A program made the translations under genes and the position numbers. The notes below the pieces were generated by a model, which saw only the letters and a program-made list of their open reading frames with translations, did no database searches and was not told the DNA's origin. From IMG/VR virus record IMGVR_UViG_3300017987_000001, positions 62,001 through 126,000 of that record: 64,000 nucleotides of DNA, one strand, 5' to 3'. Positions 35,779-48,697 of the stretch are shown here, in pieces. The number at the start of each line of letters is the position of its first letter. Within the stretch, counting starts at the first letter, position 1.

Positions 35779-38481
35779 CTACCCGTAGTTCTGCGTGAAG
35801 TTCGCGAGGTAGTTCGTGCCGTCGTAGTACAGCACCAGCATGTCAATCGCGTCATTCACCTCAGTGATGTTGAGCGTCGAAGGAGCAGACCCTCCCGGCA
35901 CGAGAACCGTAGAAGGCAACACCACGTCGCGGAACGTACCGCCCGAGTCCTGAATGAACTTGATCATGTACGTTTCGCCTGCAACAGGATTATTGAGCGT
36001 CAGGGTAACGTCACCCGTTGCGCTTTCAAGGTCTACTTCGACAGACAACCCGTCATCCCAGTCTATCGTCTGGGTCGTTCCGGTCGGCGTTAACGTCGAT
36101 TGCTTCAGGGCGCGCATCTGAAGAGCGCCACCGCCTGCGCCTGTGAGGACCGTCCCTTCAGCACCGTCGGTTGCCAGATCCTCGACGGTGATCTCGTCGC
36201 TGCCGCCGTCGCTGTGATCGGAAGCGTGCGCGAAATCACTGATCGTGCTCTTGGTCTGCGTTCCGGTGTGGTTCGCTCGCGCCCTGTCGGTCGCGTGGTA
36301 GTGGAGTGTCGAATCGCCACCGTCTGTTAGATCAGTGTGCCGTGCTGCAGTGAGATGGTAGTACTCATCTGTCGTGCCGCCCTGCAGGCCGCCCAGATCG
36401 TTGTGAACGGAGACAGGTGTGTACCCGACATCCGTGTCGTACAGGATATCGACGGCGACGAAGTTGGTCGTACCCTCCTGCACTATGATTCGCGCCGCTA
36501 GCACGCTCATGTAGCTGAACAGGTCGGGCAGGTCGGTCGGGAAAGTCTCAGAGCGAGCCTCAGCCTCAGAGTTGTATTCGTTGCGCCCATACACGACATG
36601 GAGTGTGTCGGCAGAATCCGGGGTGATGAACACCCAGCGGATCGCGAACTTGTTGTTGCCGAGAGACGCAGGCGTCCCGGAGCCGTCGTCGTAGAGCGTG
36701 TTGTCGACCTGACGAGGAGCCGCTGCTGTCGAGCGCGTGAAGCCTCCAACGCCGTCTCTGTACCACAGGTCGAATGTATCTCCGACGCTCGTGTCGAACG
36801 CAGAGGAGATCCACTGCTCCAGCGCGTTCCATCCGATGCCCGCAGTCACGTCGAGGTAGCGCGTACCGGTCTCGCTCACGATCGCGCCGGACGTGCGTAC
36901 AACGCCGTCAACGGACCCGAGCCGCTGGATCAGCGTGGCGACCATGTTGGCGATATCCTGACCAACGTCGTTGACCCAGATCTTCGTGCCCTTGCGGTAG
37001 GCAGTCGTGAGGAGGATCTGCGTCGTGCCGTCGATAGGCGCAGGCGGGACCGACGAACCGATGATCGGAGTGCCACTGTTGTAGTCGACGTAGATGAAGT
37101 TGAGCGCGTTGTCGGAGAGCGGACCAACGCTCGCGTCAGCCGTCCAGTCGAAGAACAGGTTCTCGCCCGTGGGCGAGTTCGTTGACTTGACGATACCAGT
37201 TCCGGCTGTAACGGCCACCGTGCCGTCACCGTTATCGGTGACCGCGCCACCAGTGATGCGCCCTGCGGACTGTGTTATGTCGTACCAGTCCTTCAGGGTG
37301 TCGTAGGTCGGGGTGCCGAGGATCGCTGCTGTCACCGCGCCCATGGGCAGTGTGCCCGGCCCTGCAAAGCCCCCACGACCGATGAACTCACCGCGCAGGT
37401 CCACATAGTCGTCGCCGCTGTCAGTGCTCCTGATGCGACTCTTCACCGTGTTGCCGTAGCCGTTTGAGGTCTGGTAGATGATCGTCCCGACAAATCGCCA
37501 CTCGGGCGACGGCAGTCCGTTGGTGATCAGGCTGTTGATTTCGGTGACCGCACCGTCACGGGCGTTAATCAGAGTGCTATAGTCGCTCTGACCTTGGAAC
37601 ACAACGAACGGTCTGTCGGTATCGTTGGTGACGGCGACGTGCGCGAGAACGAATTGGTTATTGGTCACCTCTGTCTGCTGCCAGTTGCCACCGGTCAGTT
37701 CGTTCCATGCAGCGCGGCCTGTTCCCGTGGTCAGCACGCCGAAACTCGCAGTCTCGTCTACGCGCCAGATGTCGGATGCGTCCGCTCCCGAGCGATAGTA
37801 CACCGGAATGGTCGCCGTGCTGCCTCTCGCACTGTGTGAGAACTCAGCGTCCTCGTCATACGCTACCGTGGCGTCGTTTCCGAACTGCGCGTGCGCGTCG
37901 AGGTCGCCAGTATCGTCAACAACGATGCTCGACAAACCGCCACCGGACTCCAGTGCGAACCCGATGGTGTCATGCAGGTATCCATGCGTCCCACCTGACA
38001 TGAGCACCGAGTGGAAGTGCTCGCGGTTGAACATGATCTGCTTGGAGTTGGTGTTGTCCCAGTAGACTACCGCGAGAATGCAGTACTTGGTTATCAGGTC
38101 GGTAGTGAACGTGGTTGTCTCTTGGATCGTGCCGTTCTCATCGTAGTAGATGAAGTGGGTGCCTTCGGTGGCGGCAATCTGCTTGGTATCGCCCGTCGAG
38201 GTGTAGCGTTTCCCGTCCGAGTAGAACGTGAAGCTCGCGCCGGTCGGCTGTATCGAAAACGTCCGGTCAGGCGTCGAGTCGGTCCAGCTTGCCGTTGTAG
38301 CGGTCGAGGGATCAACGATACCGTTGAGTTGTGTGGCCGACGCGCCAGACGGCTGCATCACGAGGCCGTTCGCGCCGTCGCTGGTCGGCACCTCGCCAAT
38401 GGCACCGTCAGTGTCGAGGTCTTCTACGTAGAGACCCTCTTGTACCCAGCGACCGCCACCTTGGTCATCGAACTTCGGCAT
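35779..38481 (-). CDS. Tail fibre protein (900 aa)
   Basis: Thr/Gly-rich beta domains, His-containing knuckle motifs (HNDLGGLQGG..YYHL, RANHTGTQ), C-terminal TIDWDDG..LYYDGTNY head domain. Confidence 0.75.
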   Translation of the reverse strand: MPKFDDQGGGRWVQEGLYVEDLDTDGAIGEVPTSDGANGLVMQPSGASATQLNGIVDPSTATTASWTDSTPDRTFSIQPTGASFTFYSDGKRYTSTGDTKQIAATEGTHFIYYDENGTIQETTTFTTDLITKYCILAVVYWDNTNSKQIMFNREHFHSVLMSGGTHGYLHDTIGFALESGGGLSSIVVDDTGDLDAHAQFGNDATVAYDEDAEFSHSARGSTATIPVYYRSGADASDIWRVDETASFGVLTTGTGRAAWNELTGGNWQQTEVTNNQFVLAHVAVTNDTDRPFVVFQGQSDYSTLINARDGAVTEINSLITNGLPSPEWRFVGTIIYQTSNGYGNTVKSRIRSTDSGDDYVDLRGEFIGRGGFAGPGTLPMGAVTAAILGTPTYDTLKDWYDITQSAGRITGGAVTDNGDGTVAVTAGTGIVKSTNSPTGENLFFDWTADASVGPLSDNALNFIYVDYNSGTPIIGSSVPPAPIDGTTQILLTTAYRKGTKIWVNDVGQDIANMVATLIQRLGSVDGVVRTSGAIVSETGTRYLDVTAGIGWNALEQWISSAFDTSVGDTFDLWYRDGVGGFTRSTAAAPRQVDNTLYDDGSGTPASLGNNKFAIRWVFITPDSADTLHVVYGRNEYNSEAEARSETFPTDLPDLFSYMSVLAARIIVQEGTTNFVAVDILYDTDVGYTPVSVHNDLGGLQGGTTDEYYHLTAARHTDLTDGGDSTLHYHATDRARANHTGTQTKSTISDFAHASDHSDGGSDEITVEDLATDGAEGTVLTGAGGGALQMRALKQSTLTPTGTTQTIDWDDGLSVEVDLESATGDVTLTLNNPVAGETYMIKFIQDSGGTFRDVVLPSTVLVPGGSAPSTLNITEVNDAIDMLVLYYDGTNYLANFTQNYG

Positions 38482-38489
38482 CTCTACCC

Positions 38490-41400
38490 CTAAACCTTGT
38501 TCCCGCTCGTCGTAACGTTGGTGCCGTTCTGGTTGAAGTTCGCCGCCGTGTTGCCCCTGAGATGGTTCACGCCAAACAGGTTGTTGTCACAGTCGGCGTC
38601 TTCCTGAATGCCGTTGCCCGTGTTGCCGTAGCACCGGTTTCCACAGACCATTGTTTCATCAGTCTCGTCCAAGTGGATGCCGTCATCCGAGCAATCGCGA
38701 ACGTGGTTGTTATTGCACTGCGAGTAGTCAACACCATTAAGGAATATACCGTCCCCGTTCACGGTGACGATCTTGTTGTCGTTGATCGTCATGTACGAAC
38801 CCGTGCTCACGCTGATGCCGTAGTTGCCGCTCGTACCGATGCTATAAAGGAAGTTGCCATTGACGACCGTATCGGTTCCGGCCACCACAATGCCGTTCAA
38901 ACTTGTCGTATCAATGTGATTGTTCACGATCTGGCAACGAGCACCGGCAGACGCGAAGTCGATGCCAATACCGGCATCGTTGATCTGGTTCAATGCCACG
39001 AGCAGATCCGTAGCCGCAGCCGTGCACTTGATCCCGTCGTTGCCGGGATCATTGACTATGTTACCCACGATGACCGACCCAGAGCATGCCACGTTGGTCA
39101 GATCAATGCCATGCGTCGCCGGGGCATCCACGACGTTGCCGATGATCATGCACCGAACCTGCGACCTGATTGCCGGTTCAGCGTTCACACTCGTCACGTA
39201 GTTGCACGCGACCAGACCGGTTGCGCTGCGAATCTCGATGCCGAGACCGGACGAGTTGACGCTGTTGCCGACAACAACCCAGTTGCTCCCGCCGTCGCGG
39301 TCGATGATGCCGCGATTAGGAACGCTGCCCGACTGCGTTATAACGTTCCCAATGACGGTCACGTCGTTCCCGTTGTCGATGTCGATCACCTGATCACTCA
39401 CCTCGTAGAACAGATTCCCTACGATTGCGAGTCCCGTGACACCGGTGAAGTCCGAATACACGCCGTCGGCCTGACCCTGATAGCATACGTTCCCGGCAAC
39501 CACAGACCGGGACGCACCACTCAAGTCAAAGTGAGGACCAACGGGACTGATCGACATGTTGCCGACAATGACAACACCGTCGCCCTTGGCATCGATGCTG
39601 AAGCCACCGACCAAGTAGATGTAGTTCCCCACAAGCAGGATGTCGGTATCGGTGGAGTCACAATCGAATCCCGAGTTCACCACGTCATCGATGAAGTTGC
39701 CGATGGCTGCTGATTTTGGGCCATGAATCTCAAATGCGACTTGAGAATTGGTCACGTAGTTGCCGATGAAGACCGTGAAGTCACCATCGCTCGTCCAGCC
39801 ATTCGATGCCGACGTATTGCACATGTTGCCGATGACCAGAGTATGTTCCGCAGCCGAGCTGATGTACCCGAACCTCGTCCCCGAGTTGAGGAGGATGTTT
39901 CCGAGAACGAGCACATTGTCGGCGGTCACCTCGACACAGTTCGACCCCGGAGCGACAGCCGTGGTGTTCCGAACATGGTTGCCGATGATCGTCGTGTTGT
40001 TCGATGCGGTACGAATACCATGACCATCGATTGTGTTCAGGTAGTTCCCGAGGACCGCACAGTCTGTGGCCGCCGCTATATCGATGCCGTTGGCACCACC
40101 GTTGTTGATGTAGTTCCCGATGATGAGACACGCGGCTGCATTGATATCGATTGAGATACCGGTCGCCCCGGTGATCGTGTTGCCAAGGATGGTATGCTCA
40201 CCCGAGCCGCTGACCAAAACACCCACGTCAGGGTTCTGGATGCTGTTGCCCACAACGACGCAGTACTGCGAATCCACGATCTCAATTCCATCGCCGGTCG
40301 GATTCATGATCGTGTTGCAGGAGATAACGGTGCGGTCGCCGTTGTTCTGGTAGATGCCGTCGCCGTTGTTTGAGTAGATGAGGTTGCCGACGATGACGCC
40401 GTTGTCCACCGCAGAGTCGATGCCGATGCCGCCGTCATCGTTCGACATGTTCCCGATGGCGATACTGCGGTCGCCGTTGATGTCGTACCCGTATCCAGAA
40501 CCCCTGACCGAGTAGTTGCCGATCAGGGAAGACTCCGAACCATCGACCTTGAAGCCTCCGGTATCGCAAGAGAATGCGAAGTTGCCGACCAAGAGATGCT
40601 CGACGCCCCTGTCGAGGTTGATACCAATGTCGGCATCGTACACGTTATTGCCGATGTAGACGTGACGGTCTGCGGCGTTCGCGTTCTTGATGCCGTCGAA
40701 ACCCGCTGCCGGATCATACACGTAGTTGCCGATGAGCATGATCTCGCGAGAGATGCTGATCAACAGGCCGATGTCGGCGGGAGTATTGATGTAGTTGCCG
40801 ACGACCAGTGACTCCTGTACGTCGAGCAGATGCATCCCGTAGCTACCGGGATTATCAACGACGTTCATGCCGATGATACAACCGTGGTTGTCGGTGGTGC
40901 CGTCGTCGCCGCCTTCGATGCCGATGCCAGTAATACCGCTGATACGGTTACAGAGGAACATGTTCTGCGGACCGTTGAAGTCAATACCTTTGGCGGTTGC
41001 ACTGTTGCCATTGATCACGTTCGCAACGACCAGACAGTCCTGCGCGCCCGTCGCCATCTCAATGCCGTCGCCGGTGGTCGTTCCGACGTTATAGATAAAG
41101 TTTGCAACAACTATGTTCTCGTCGGCGTTTGCGCTAAGGTCGATACCGTTGCCCGTCGTGTCGCGCACATAGTTTCCAACGAACACGTTCCTGACGTTGT
41201 TGCTATCGAGGCCCGTCGAGCCGCCCTCGACCCAGTTGCCGACGACGAGGTTGTCATCATTGATGCACTGAATCGCCGCGCTCGTTGAATCGATCAAGAC
41301 GTTGCCGACCGCTATAGCGTCGGTCTGAAGGTAGATGCCGTTGCCGCCAGCAGAGTACACGAGGTTTCCGACCGCCGTGCACCGAAGATTCTGAAGGATG

Positions 41401-42524
41401 ATGCCCTGCGAACCGGGGTTGTAGATGATGTTTCCAACGAACAGACCGTCGCCGCCAATCCCGGCGATACCATCAGTCGTGGCGTCAGCAATCATATTGC
41501 CAACGCACATGTTGTCGCTAGATGCGCCAGCGATATTGATACCGTCGTCTCCGGCGTTGTAAATTACATTACCGACCATGATGTTTCGACCGTTACCGGG
41601 GAGTGAGATGCCGTGACTTGATGTACTCGCGATATGGTTGCCGGTGATGTTGCAGCGAGTCGCGCCATTCGCAAACAGCACACCGACGGTACAATTATCG
41701 ATATGGTTGCCAACGACCACAACGTCGTCTGAGTCATCGAGCGTGACTCCCGCCGCAGTCTGATCGCGGATCGTGTTCCCGACGATAACGGTCTGGGAAC
41801 ATGCCTCGACAGTGATCGCGCCGCTCGCGCCCTGCGACGACATCTCGTTCGCGCAGATGATTCCCTCGTCCGCGCGCTTGACATAGATACCGCCAGCCGA
41901 ATCCTCCAGCTGGTTGCCCATGACAGTACACTGCCAGATGCTCTGCGACTCGACCGCGAGGTGGATGAGATACCCCGCCGCATCGGAGTCCTTCCTGATC
42001 TTGTTGTTGAGGACGCGAATGCGATTCGCATAGCCGCCTGCACCCGTCACGTCCATCTTCACGAAGTTCGCGCCGTCGAAACTGCGGTCGCATTCGCAGT
42101 TGCTCACAGTGAGGTCGAGGCGACCGCCGGTCGAGGGGAAGTCGAGGAACGGCTCCGCTTCGGTAGCGAGTGCGCGGTCGATATAGATCGCGTCGATCCA
42201 TACACCGTTCGACGGCGTCGCCGCCGTGTCCTGCACGAAGGGCTGGTCGACCGTACTTGTCACCTTCACGTCACGGATCACGAAACGATGCGATGCGTTC
42301 AAGATGATCGCCGGACCGCCAGAGTACGTGACGTTGATTTCACAGGTGCGCCCGGCGCCCATGATCGTGATGTCGGTCTTGCTGGAGAGATCGATCTGCG
42401 CGTCAGCGACGTGCTGGCCTTCTTCGAGCAGCACGAACGTACCGCTGTCGATATTGTTCAGAATGTCCGGCAGGTCATCGGCCCGCAGGACAAAGAGGAA
42501 CTTGTTCTCGTAGCCACTCGGCAC
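38490..42524 (-). CDS. Very long right-handed parallel beta-helix (pectin-lyase-like) spike protein (1344 aa)
   Basis: GTG start 42524 after GGGG RBS; dozens of ~22-aa (V/I)xGNxI.....GI repeats. Confidence 0.85.
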   Translation of the reverse strand: MPSGYENKFLFVLRADDLPDILNNIDSGTFVLLEEGQHVADAQIDLSSKTDITIMGAGRTCEINVTYSGGPAIILNASHRFVIRDVKVTSTVDQPFVQDTAATPSNGVWIDAIYIDRALATEAEPFLDFPSTGGRLDLTVSNCECDRSFDGANFVKMDVTGAGGYANRIRVLNNKIRKDSDAAGYLIHLAVESQSIWQCTVMGNQLEDSAGGIYVKRADEGIICANEMSSQGASGAITVEACSQTVIVGNTIRDQTAAGVTLDDSDDVVVVGNHIDNCTVGVLFANGATRCNITGNHIASTSSHGISLPGNGRNIMVGNVIYNAGDDGINIAGASSDNMCVGNMIADATTDGIAGIGGDGLFVGNIIYNPGSQGIILQNLRCTAVGNLVYSAGGNGIYLQTDAIAVGNVLIDSTSAAIQCINDDNLVVGNWVEGGSTGLDSNNVRNVFVGNYVRDTTGNGIDLSANADENIVVANFIYNVGTTTGDGIEMATGAQDCLVVANVINGNSATAKGIDFNGPQNMFLCNRISGITGIGIEGGDDGTTDNHGCIIGMNVVDNPGSYGMHLLDVQESLVVGNYINTPADIGLLISISREIMLIGNYVYDPAAGFDGIKNANAADRHVYIGNNVYDADIGINLDRGVEHLLVGNFAFSCDTGGFKVDGSESSLIGNYSVRGSGYGYDINGDRSIAIGNMSNDDGGIGIDSAVDNGVIVGNLIYSNNGDGIYQNNGDRTVISCNTIMNPTGDGIEIVDSQYCVVVGNSIQNPDVGVLVSGSGEHTILGNTITGATGISIDINAAACLIIGNYINNGGANGIDIAAATDCAVLGNYLNTIDGHGIRTASNNTTIIGNHVRNTTAVAPGSNCVEVTADNVLVLGNILLNSGTRFGYISSAAEHTLVIGNMCNTSASNGWTSDGDFTVFIGNYVTNSQVAFEIHGPKSAAIGNFIDDVVNSGFDCDSTDTDILLVGNYIYLVGGFSIDAKGDGVVIVGNMSISPVGPHFDLSGASRSVVAGNVCYQGQADGVYSDFTGVTGLAIVGNLFYEVSDQVIDIDNGNDVTVIGNVITQSGSVPNRGIIDRDGGSNWVVVGNSVNSSGLGIEIRSATGLVACNYVTSVNAEPAIRSQVRCMIIGNVVDAPATHGIDLTNVACSGSVIVGNIVNDPGNDGIKCTAAATDLLVALNQINDAGIGIDFASAGARCQIVNNHIDTTSLNGIVVAGTDTVVNGNFLYSIGTSGNYGISVSTGSYMTINDNKIVTVNGDGIFLNGVDYSQCNNNHVRDCSDDGIHLDETDETMVCGNRCYGNTGNGIQEDADCDNNLFGVNHLRGNTAANFNQNGTNVTTSGNKV

Positions 42525-42537
42525 GGTTATCCCCCTA

Positions 42538-45534
<2,997 letters not shown>

Positions 45535-45557
45535 ACCTGACTTCCGATCCGCAGCTC

Positions 45558-45571
45558 ATTGTAGCAGATGG
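45558..45571 (-). promoter_or_regulatory. Extended -10 promoter CCATCTGCTACAAT for the fibre operon
   Basis: TGnTACAAT; 13/14 identical to the tube promoter region CCATCCGCTACAAT. Confidence 0.6.
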
Positions 45572-45590
45572 ATTGTACGCCGACCACAGT

Positions 45591-45620
45591 GAAACAGCCC
45601 CCAAGAGTTAAGGGGGCTGT
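45591..45620 (-). terminator. Terminator ending the head operon
   Basis: ACAGCCCCC-N9-GGGGGCTGT followed by TTC. Confidence 0.7.
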
Positions 45621-45654
45621 CACACTGTAAGATGATGCTCTATACCGAACACCA

Positions 45655-45900
45655 TCAAGCGCTACTGGACGAGCAGCACGACTCATCGACCGGTACGTAG
45701 CAGATCTCACCGGCGTCGCACGCCGCATCGAGAGCGGCAAGCTCCCGACGACGGTTGTAACGATTCCGGCCGCCTGCCAGCGCGGTGCGAAGATCCCCGT
45801 CATAGGTAACTTCCTCGTTGCTCGCGAGGCTCTTACCATGGTCGGGGAGGAAGCCGAAGAACTTCGTGACTCCCGATGTGTTGATGATCGTCGTCTTCAC
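45655..45900 (-). CDS. Small virion protein ending in CCSSSSA (81 aa)
   Basis: AAGGAGG RBS with GTG start. Confidence 0.7.
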   Translation of the reverse strand: MKTTIINTSGVTKFFGFLPDHGKSLASNEEVTYDGDLRTALAGGRNRYNRRRELAALDAACDAGEICYVPVDESCCSSSSA

Positions 45901-45911
45901 GATCCCCTCCT

Positions 45912-46334
45912 TTACGCCGAATGCGATTCCTTGATGATGACGTCGCCATTTCCGGTCTTAGCGCTCACCACCACCTTGTATTTGCCCGCAGGCAGCGGCT
46001 GGATAACCCACAGCAAGCCCTTCACGTCAACTGCGTGCTCGCCATAGTATACCCAGTTCCCGCCAGCGCCGGAAGAAGAACTTCCTTCCGTAGTTTCGTC
46101 AGTTGCCTCTGCGAACAGCTGAAGGGTCGCCGCCGTCGGGCCATCCAGCCCGGCGTAGATGAAGAGGGACGCATTCGCACCCGTCGTCACCGGGTTCGGA
46201 GTGGGATCGAGTGTGATATCGATCTCTTCCGAAACGGAATCTACGCCGCCCGCGTCGACCGCATCAACGGTACGATAAGGCGTGCGAGGGGTGCGATAGG
46301 TTCCCTCGACTGATTTACGACCAACTCCAGCCAT
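45912..46334 (-). CDS. Small beta-sandwich virion (decoration-like) protein (140 aa)
   Basis: GGAGG RBS; downstream of the capsid gene; internal GSSSSG. Confidence 0.6.
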   Translation of the reverse strand: MAGVGRKSVEGTYRTPRTPYRTVDAVDAGGVDSVSEEIDITLDPTPNPVTTGANASLFIYAGLDGPTAATLQLFAEATDETTEGSSSSGAGGNWVYYGEHAVDVKGLLWVIQPLPAGKYKVVVSAKTGNGDVIIKESHSA

Positions 46335-46350
46335 GGCGCCCTCCGATCAG

Positions 46351-46695
46351 CTACTTCGCCGACGCGATGAGCGCATCGATGGCCTTGCGGACTCGATCAT
46401 TCCCGACCCGTGCAGCAGCTTCCTTCTCCTGCTGCTCAGTCTTCTGCTGCTGCGCAGCAACCTGCTCGGGCTGGGGGACGCCCAGCGCGGAGCGAAGGTC
46501 GGCTGCAGCCGACTTGGCGAGACCGGCCTTCTGGTTCGCCTCGGCAGCCTTCAGCATGGCCACGCTCTCAAGCGCAGCCTGAAGACTTTCCTGATCGGAG
46601 AACGTGAGACCGTGAGAAGCGCACTTCTGCATGAACGCAGGCAGATAGACCTCTTCAAAGAGGGCAACCTGCTCGTTCCCCGCTTCCTTGTTCAT
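46351..46695 (-). CDS. Ala-rich helical KxA-motif protein (114 aa)
   Basis: AAGGAG RBS; NKEA, QKCA, AKSA, EKEA. Confidence 0.75.
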   Translation of the reverse strand: MNKEAGNEQVALFEEVYLPAFMQKCASHGLTFSDQESLQAALESVAMLKAAEANQKAGLAKSAAADLRSALGVPQPEQVAAQQQKTEQQEKEAAARVGNDRVRKAIDALIASAK

Positions 46696-46712
46696 GGGTT
46701 CTCCTTATGCGG

Positions 46713-46742
46713 GGGAGGGCGGATCGTGTGGGCCGCCCTCCC
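46713..46742 (-). terminator. Stem-loop after the capsid gene (stabiliser or partial terminator)
   Basis: GGGAGGGCGG...CCGCCCTCCC with no U tract. Confidence 0.5.
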
Positions 46743-46755
46743 TAGCGATTGGGCC

Positions 46756-47670
46756 TTAGATGAAGTCCGCCCGAGCTACCGCCGCGACGTTGGCGACGCA
46801 GGCGCCGATGCTCTCGTACGCGAAGAACTCAAGCATGAACGCCTTGCGGTCGATGTACATCGTGGTGTCTTCGAGAACGTAGAACTTCCCGAGGAACTTC
46901 GGCTCTGCGAACATGAAGATCGTGTTGTCAGGCACGAGGTCGCGCTTGATCGTCACGATCCAGCGGACGCCGAACAGCTCGCGCTCGGCGAAGCCATTCT
47001 GCATCAGCTCCTGCGAGAGGTCGCCACCGACCTCATCGCGGCCCCACTTCACCACGTCCCAGATGGTGACGTTGTTCACGAGCACCGTGGCCGTGTTGAG
47101 GTGGTTCGGGGTGGACGGCATGATCTTCATCGCTTCCGCGATGGTGTCACGCGTCACGCCACCGTTGATCGACTTCCACTGGACGGAGCCGGTCTCGGGG
47201 ACCGCTACGTCCTGCCCAACGAGCAGCGTGTTGAGCGTGGTGATGAACTTGCCGTCCTCTTCGGCCAGCATGTCCTTGATGCTGTTGTCCGACAGGATCT
47301 GACGGATATCCATGTCGTACGTGCGCAGCTCGTCGATGTCCTTCGTGAACCGGGGCGTCATGATCCGGTCGAACATCACGCGGAAGCGCGGCCCACGGAT
47401 GTACCGGTTCATGGGGAGCGTGGCGAACGGCACCGAAATCGCCGCTGGCGACTGCGGTTCCTTGTCCACGATCTTGACCGGCTTGTCGGTGTCGACCTGA
47501 CGATCCAGCTCGTCATTGGTGATCTGCACCGGCGGGATGATCCGACGAAGGAACCCGTCTTCGCGCATCCGCACGCGGATGTACTCGTTGACGGCGTCCT
47601 GCGCGGTCTTCTCCATGCCGCTCTCAACCATGTTGAGGAACGACGCGTTGACTTCCTGAGCAGTAGGCAT
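46756..47670 (-). CDS. Major capsid protein (HK97-type fold, 304 aa)
   Basis: ATG 47670 with AAGGAG; very biased codon use; IRVRMREDGFLRRII, DMLAEEDGKF, FFAYESIG..NV capsid-like pattern; order protease-scaffold-decoration-capsid. Confidence 0.8.
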   Translation of the reverse strand: MPTAQEVNASFLNMVESGMEKTAQDAVNEYIRVRMREDGFLRRIIPPVQITNDELDRQVDTDKPVKIVDKEPQSPAAISVPFATLPMNRYIRGPRFRVMFDRIMTPRFTKDIDELRTYDMDIRQILSDNSIKDMLAEEDGKFITTLNTLLVGQDVAVPETGSVQWKSINGGVTRDTIAEAMKIMPSTPNHLNTATVLVNNVTIWDVVKWGRDEVGGDLSQELMQNGFAERELFGVRWIVTIKRDLVPDNTIFMFAEPKFLGKFYVLEDTTMYIDRKAFMLEFFAYESIGACVANVAAVARADFI

Positions 47671-47692
47671 TGAATCTCTCCTTTGTTGCCTA

Positions 47693-47739
47693 GCTGGGTT
47701 CAAGCAGGTGCTCTACTGGACCTCTACCCGAACCCAGCG
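47693..47739 (-). promoter_or_regulatory. 5' leader stem-loop of the capsid gene
   Basis: GCTGGGTTCGGGT...GCTTGAACCCAGC pairs using G-U on the coding strand. Confidence 0.5.
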
Positions 47740-47758
47740 CCCTTTCACCCAGCGACGA

Positions 47759-48274
47759 TTATACCGGCTGATAGACCGGCCAGAACGCGAGGAACTTGAT
47801 GTTCGCGTTGTGCTCGCTGTCCGACTGTCCCGAGGACACGACGCCGACGATCGCATCGACGCCGAGCGTCCCCTTCTTCAACTTACCGACGTCGGCGGGC
47901 GTCACGCCACCGTCGTCGACGGTAAGCAGGTCGTTCGGCGCGTAGGTATCCGCGACGAACTCGGTCGACTGCAGCTCGTACGCACCGATCGCGACGAGGC
48001 CCGACCCCTTCTCTCCCGAGATGTTGCCTACGTCCGACCGAACGTCGAAGTCGGTGTAGTTCTGGAAGAGGAAGATCGCCATCGCGCTCGACGCGTTCAG
48101 GCCCATTACGAACTTACCGTTCGCATCGAGGCTCAGAACACGACCGGCGTACGCGTACGTCGTCTCGCCGCTCGCGTACTCCGCCGTGTAGTCCACGGCG
48201 TAGGGCGACGGCCAACCCTTGCGGGGGTTGAGTTCATGATCAAACATCTGTCCCGGTGTGAATGTACCCGGCAT
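47759..48274 (-). CDS. Head decoration/cement protein (171 aa)
   Basis: Beta-tulip-like pattern (AGRVLSLD..YAPNDLLT..GKL..IVGVV) immediately before the capsid gene. Confidence 0.65.
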   Translation of the reverse strand: MPGTFTPGQMFDHELNPRKGWPSPYAVDYTAEYASGETTYAYAGRVLSLDANGKFVMGLNASSAMAIFLFQNYTDFDVRSDVGNISGEKGSGLVAIGAYELQSTEFVADTYAPNDLLTVDDGGVTPADVGKLKKGTLGVDAIVGVVSSGQSDSEHNANIKFLAFWPVYQPV

Positions 48275-48301
48275 GTGTCAATCCTTTCGATCCTGCGCCC
48301 G

Positions 48302-48670
48302 TTACCAGCCGAGCGCTGCGAGGAACTTCTTGTCTGCCTCTTCGCGATCGGCGGAGGCGGCCTTCGTGTGCGTCTCGGCCGTCTTGCCCATCGCCGGAGG
48401 CGTGGCTTCGGCAGAAGCTGCCTTCACGTGCGTCGCGGTGCGACGCAGCGTATCGAGCGCCTTGACATGATCGTCCGTAAGGAGATCAGTCGCGGCCTGC
48501 TTCCGCTCTTCTCCGAGCAGCCCCTTCTGAATCAGGGCGTCGACAGCTTCCGCTGCGACCTTCGCCATCTGCTCGCGGTCGCTAGCCTTCTTCTGAAGCT
48601 GCTCGCCTGCCGCAGCCACGAAGTTGACCATGCGCTGGAGCAGGGCAGGATCCATTGCTACCTTTTCCAT
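48302..48670 (-). CDS. Small scaffold-like KxA protein (122 aa)
   Basis: Seven K-x-A sites; C-terminal amphipathic ADKKFLAALGW. Confidence 0.7.
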   Translation of the reverse strand: MEKVAMDPALLQRMVNFVAAAGEQLQKKASDREQMAKVAAEAVDALIQKGLLGEERKQAATDLLTDDHVKALDTLRRTATHVKAASAEATPPAMGKTAETHTKAASADREEADKKFLAALGW

Positions 48671-48697
48671 TGTTCAGCCCTTTCTTCCCTGCTGGCC

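Noticed and set aside
46756-47670. Encapsulin shell rather than phage capsid
   Set aside because: The protease-scaffold-decoration-neck-tail context indicates a virion capsid
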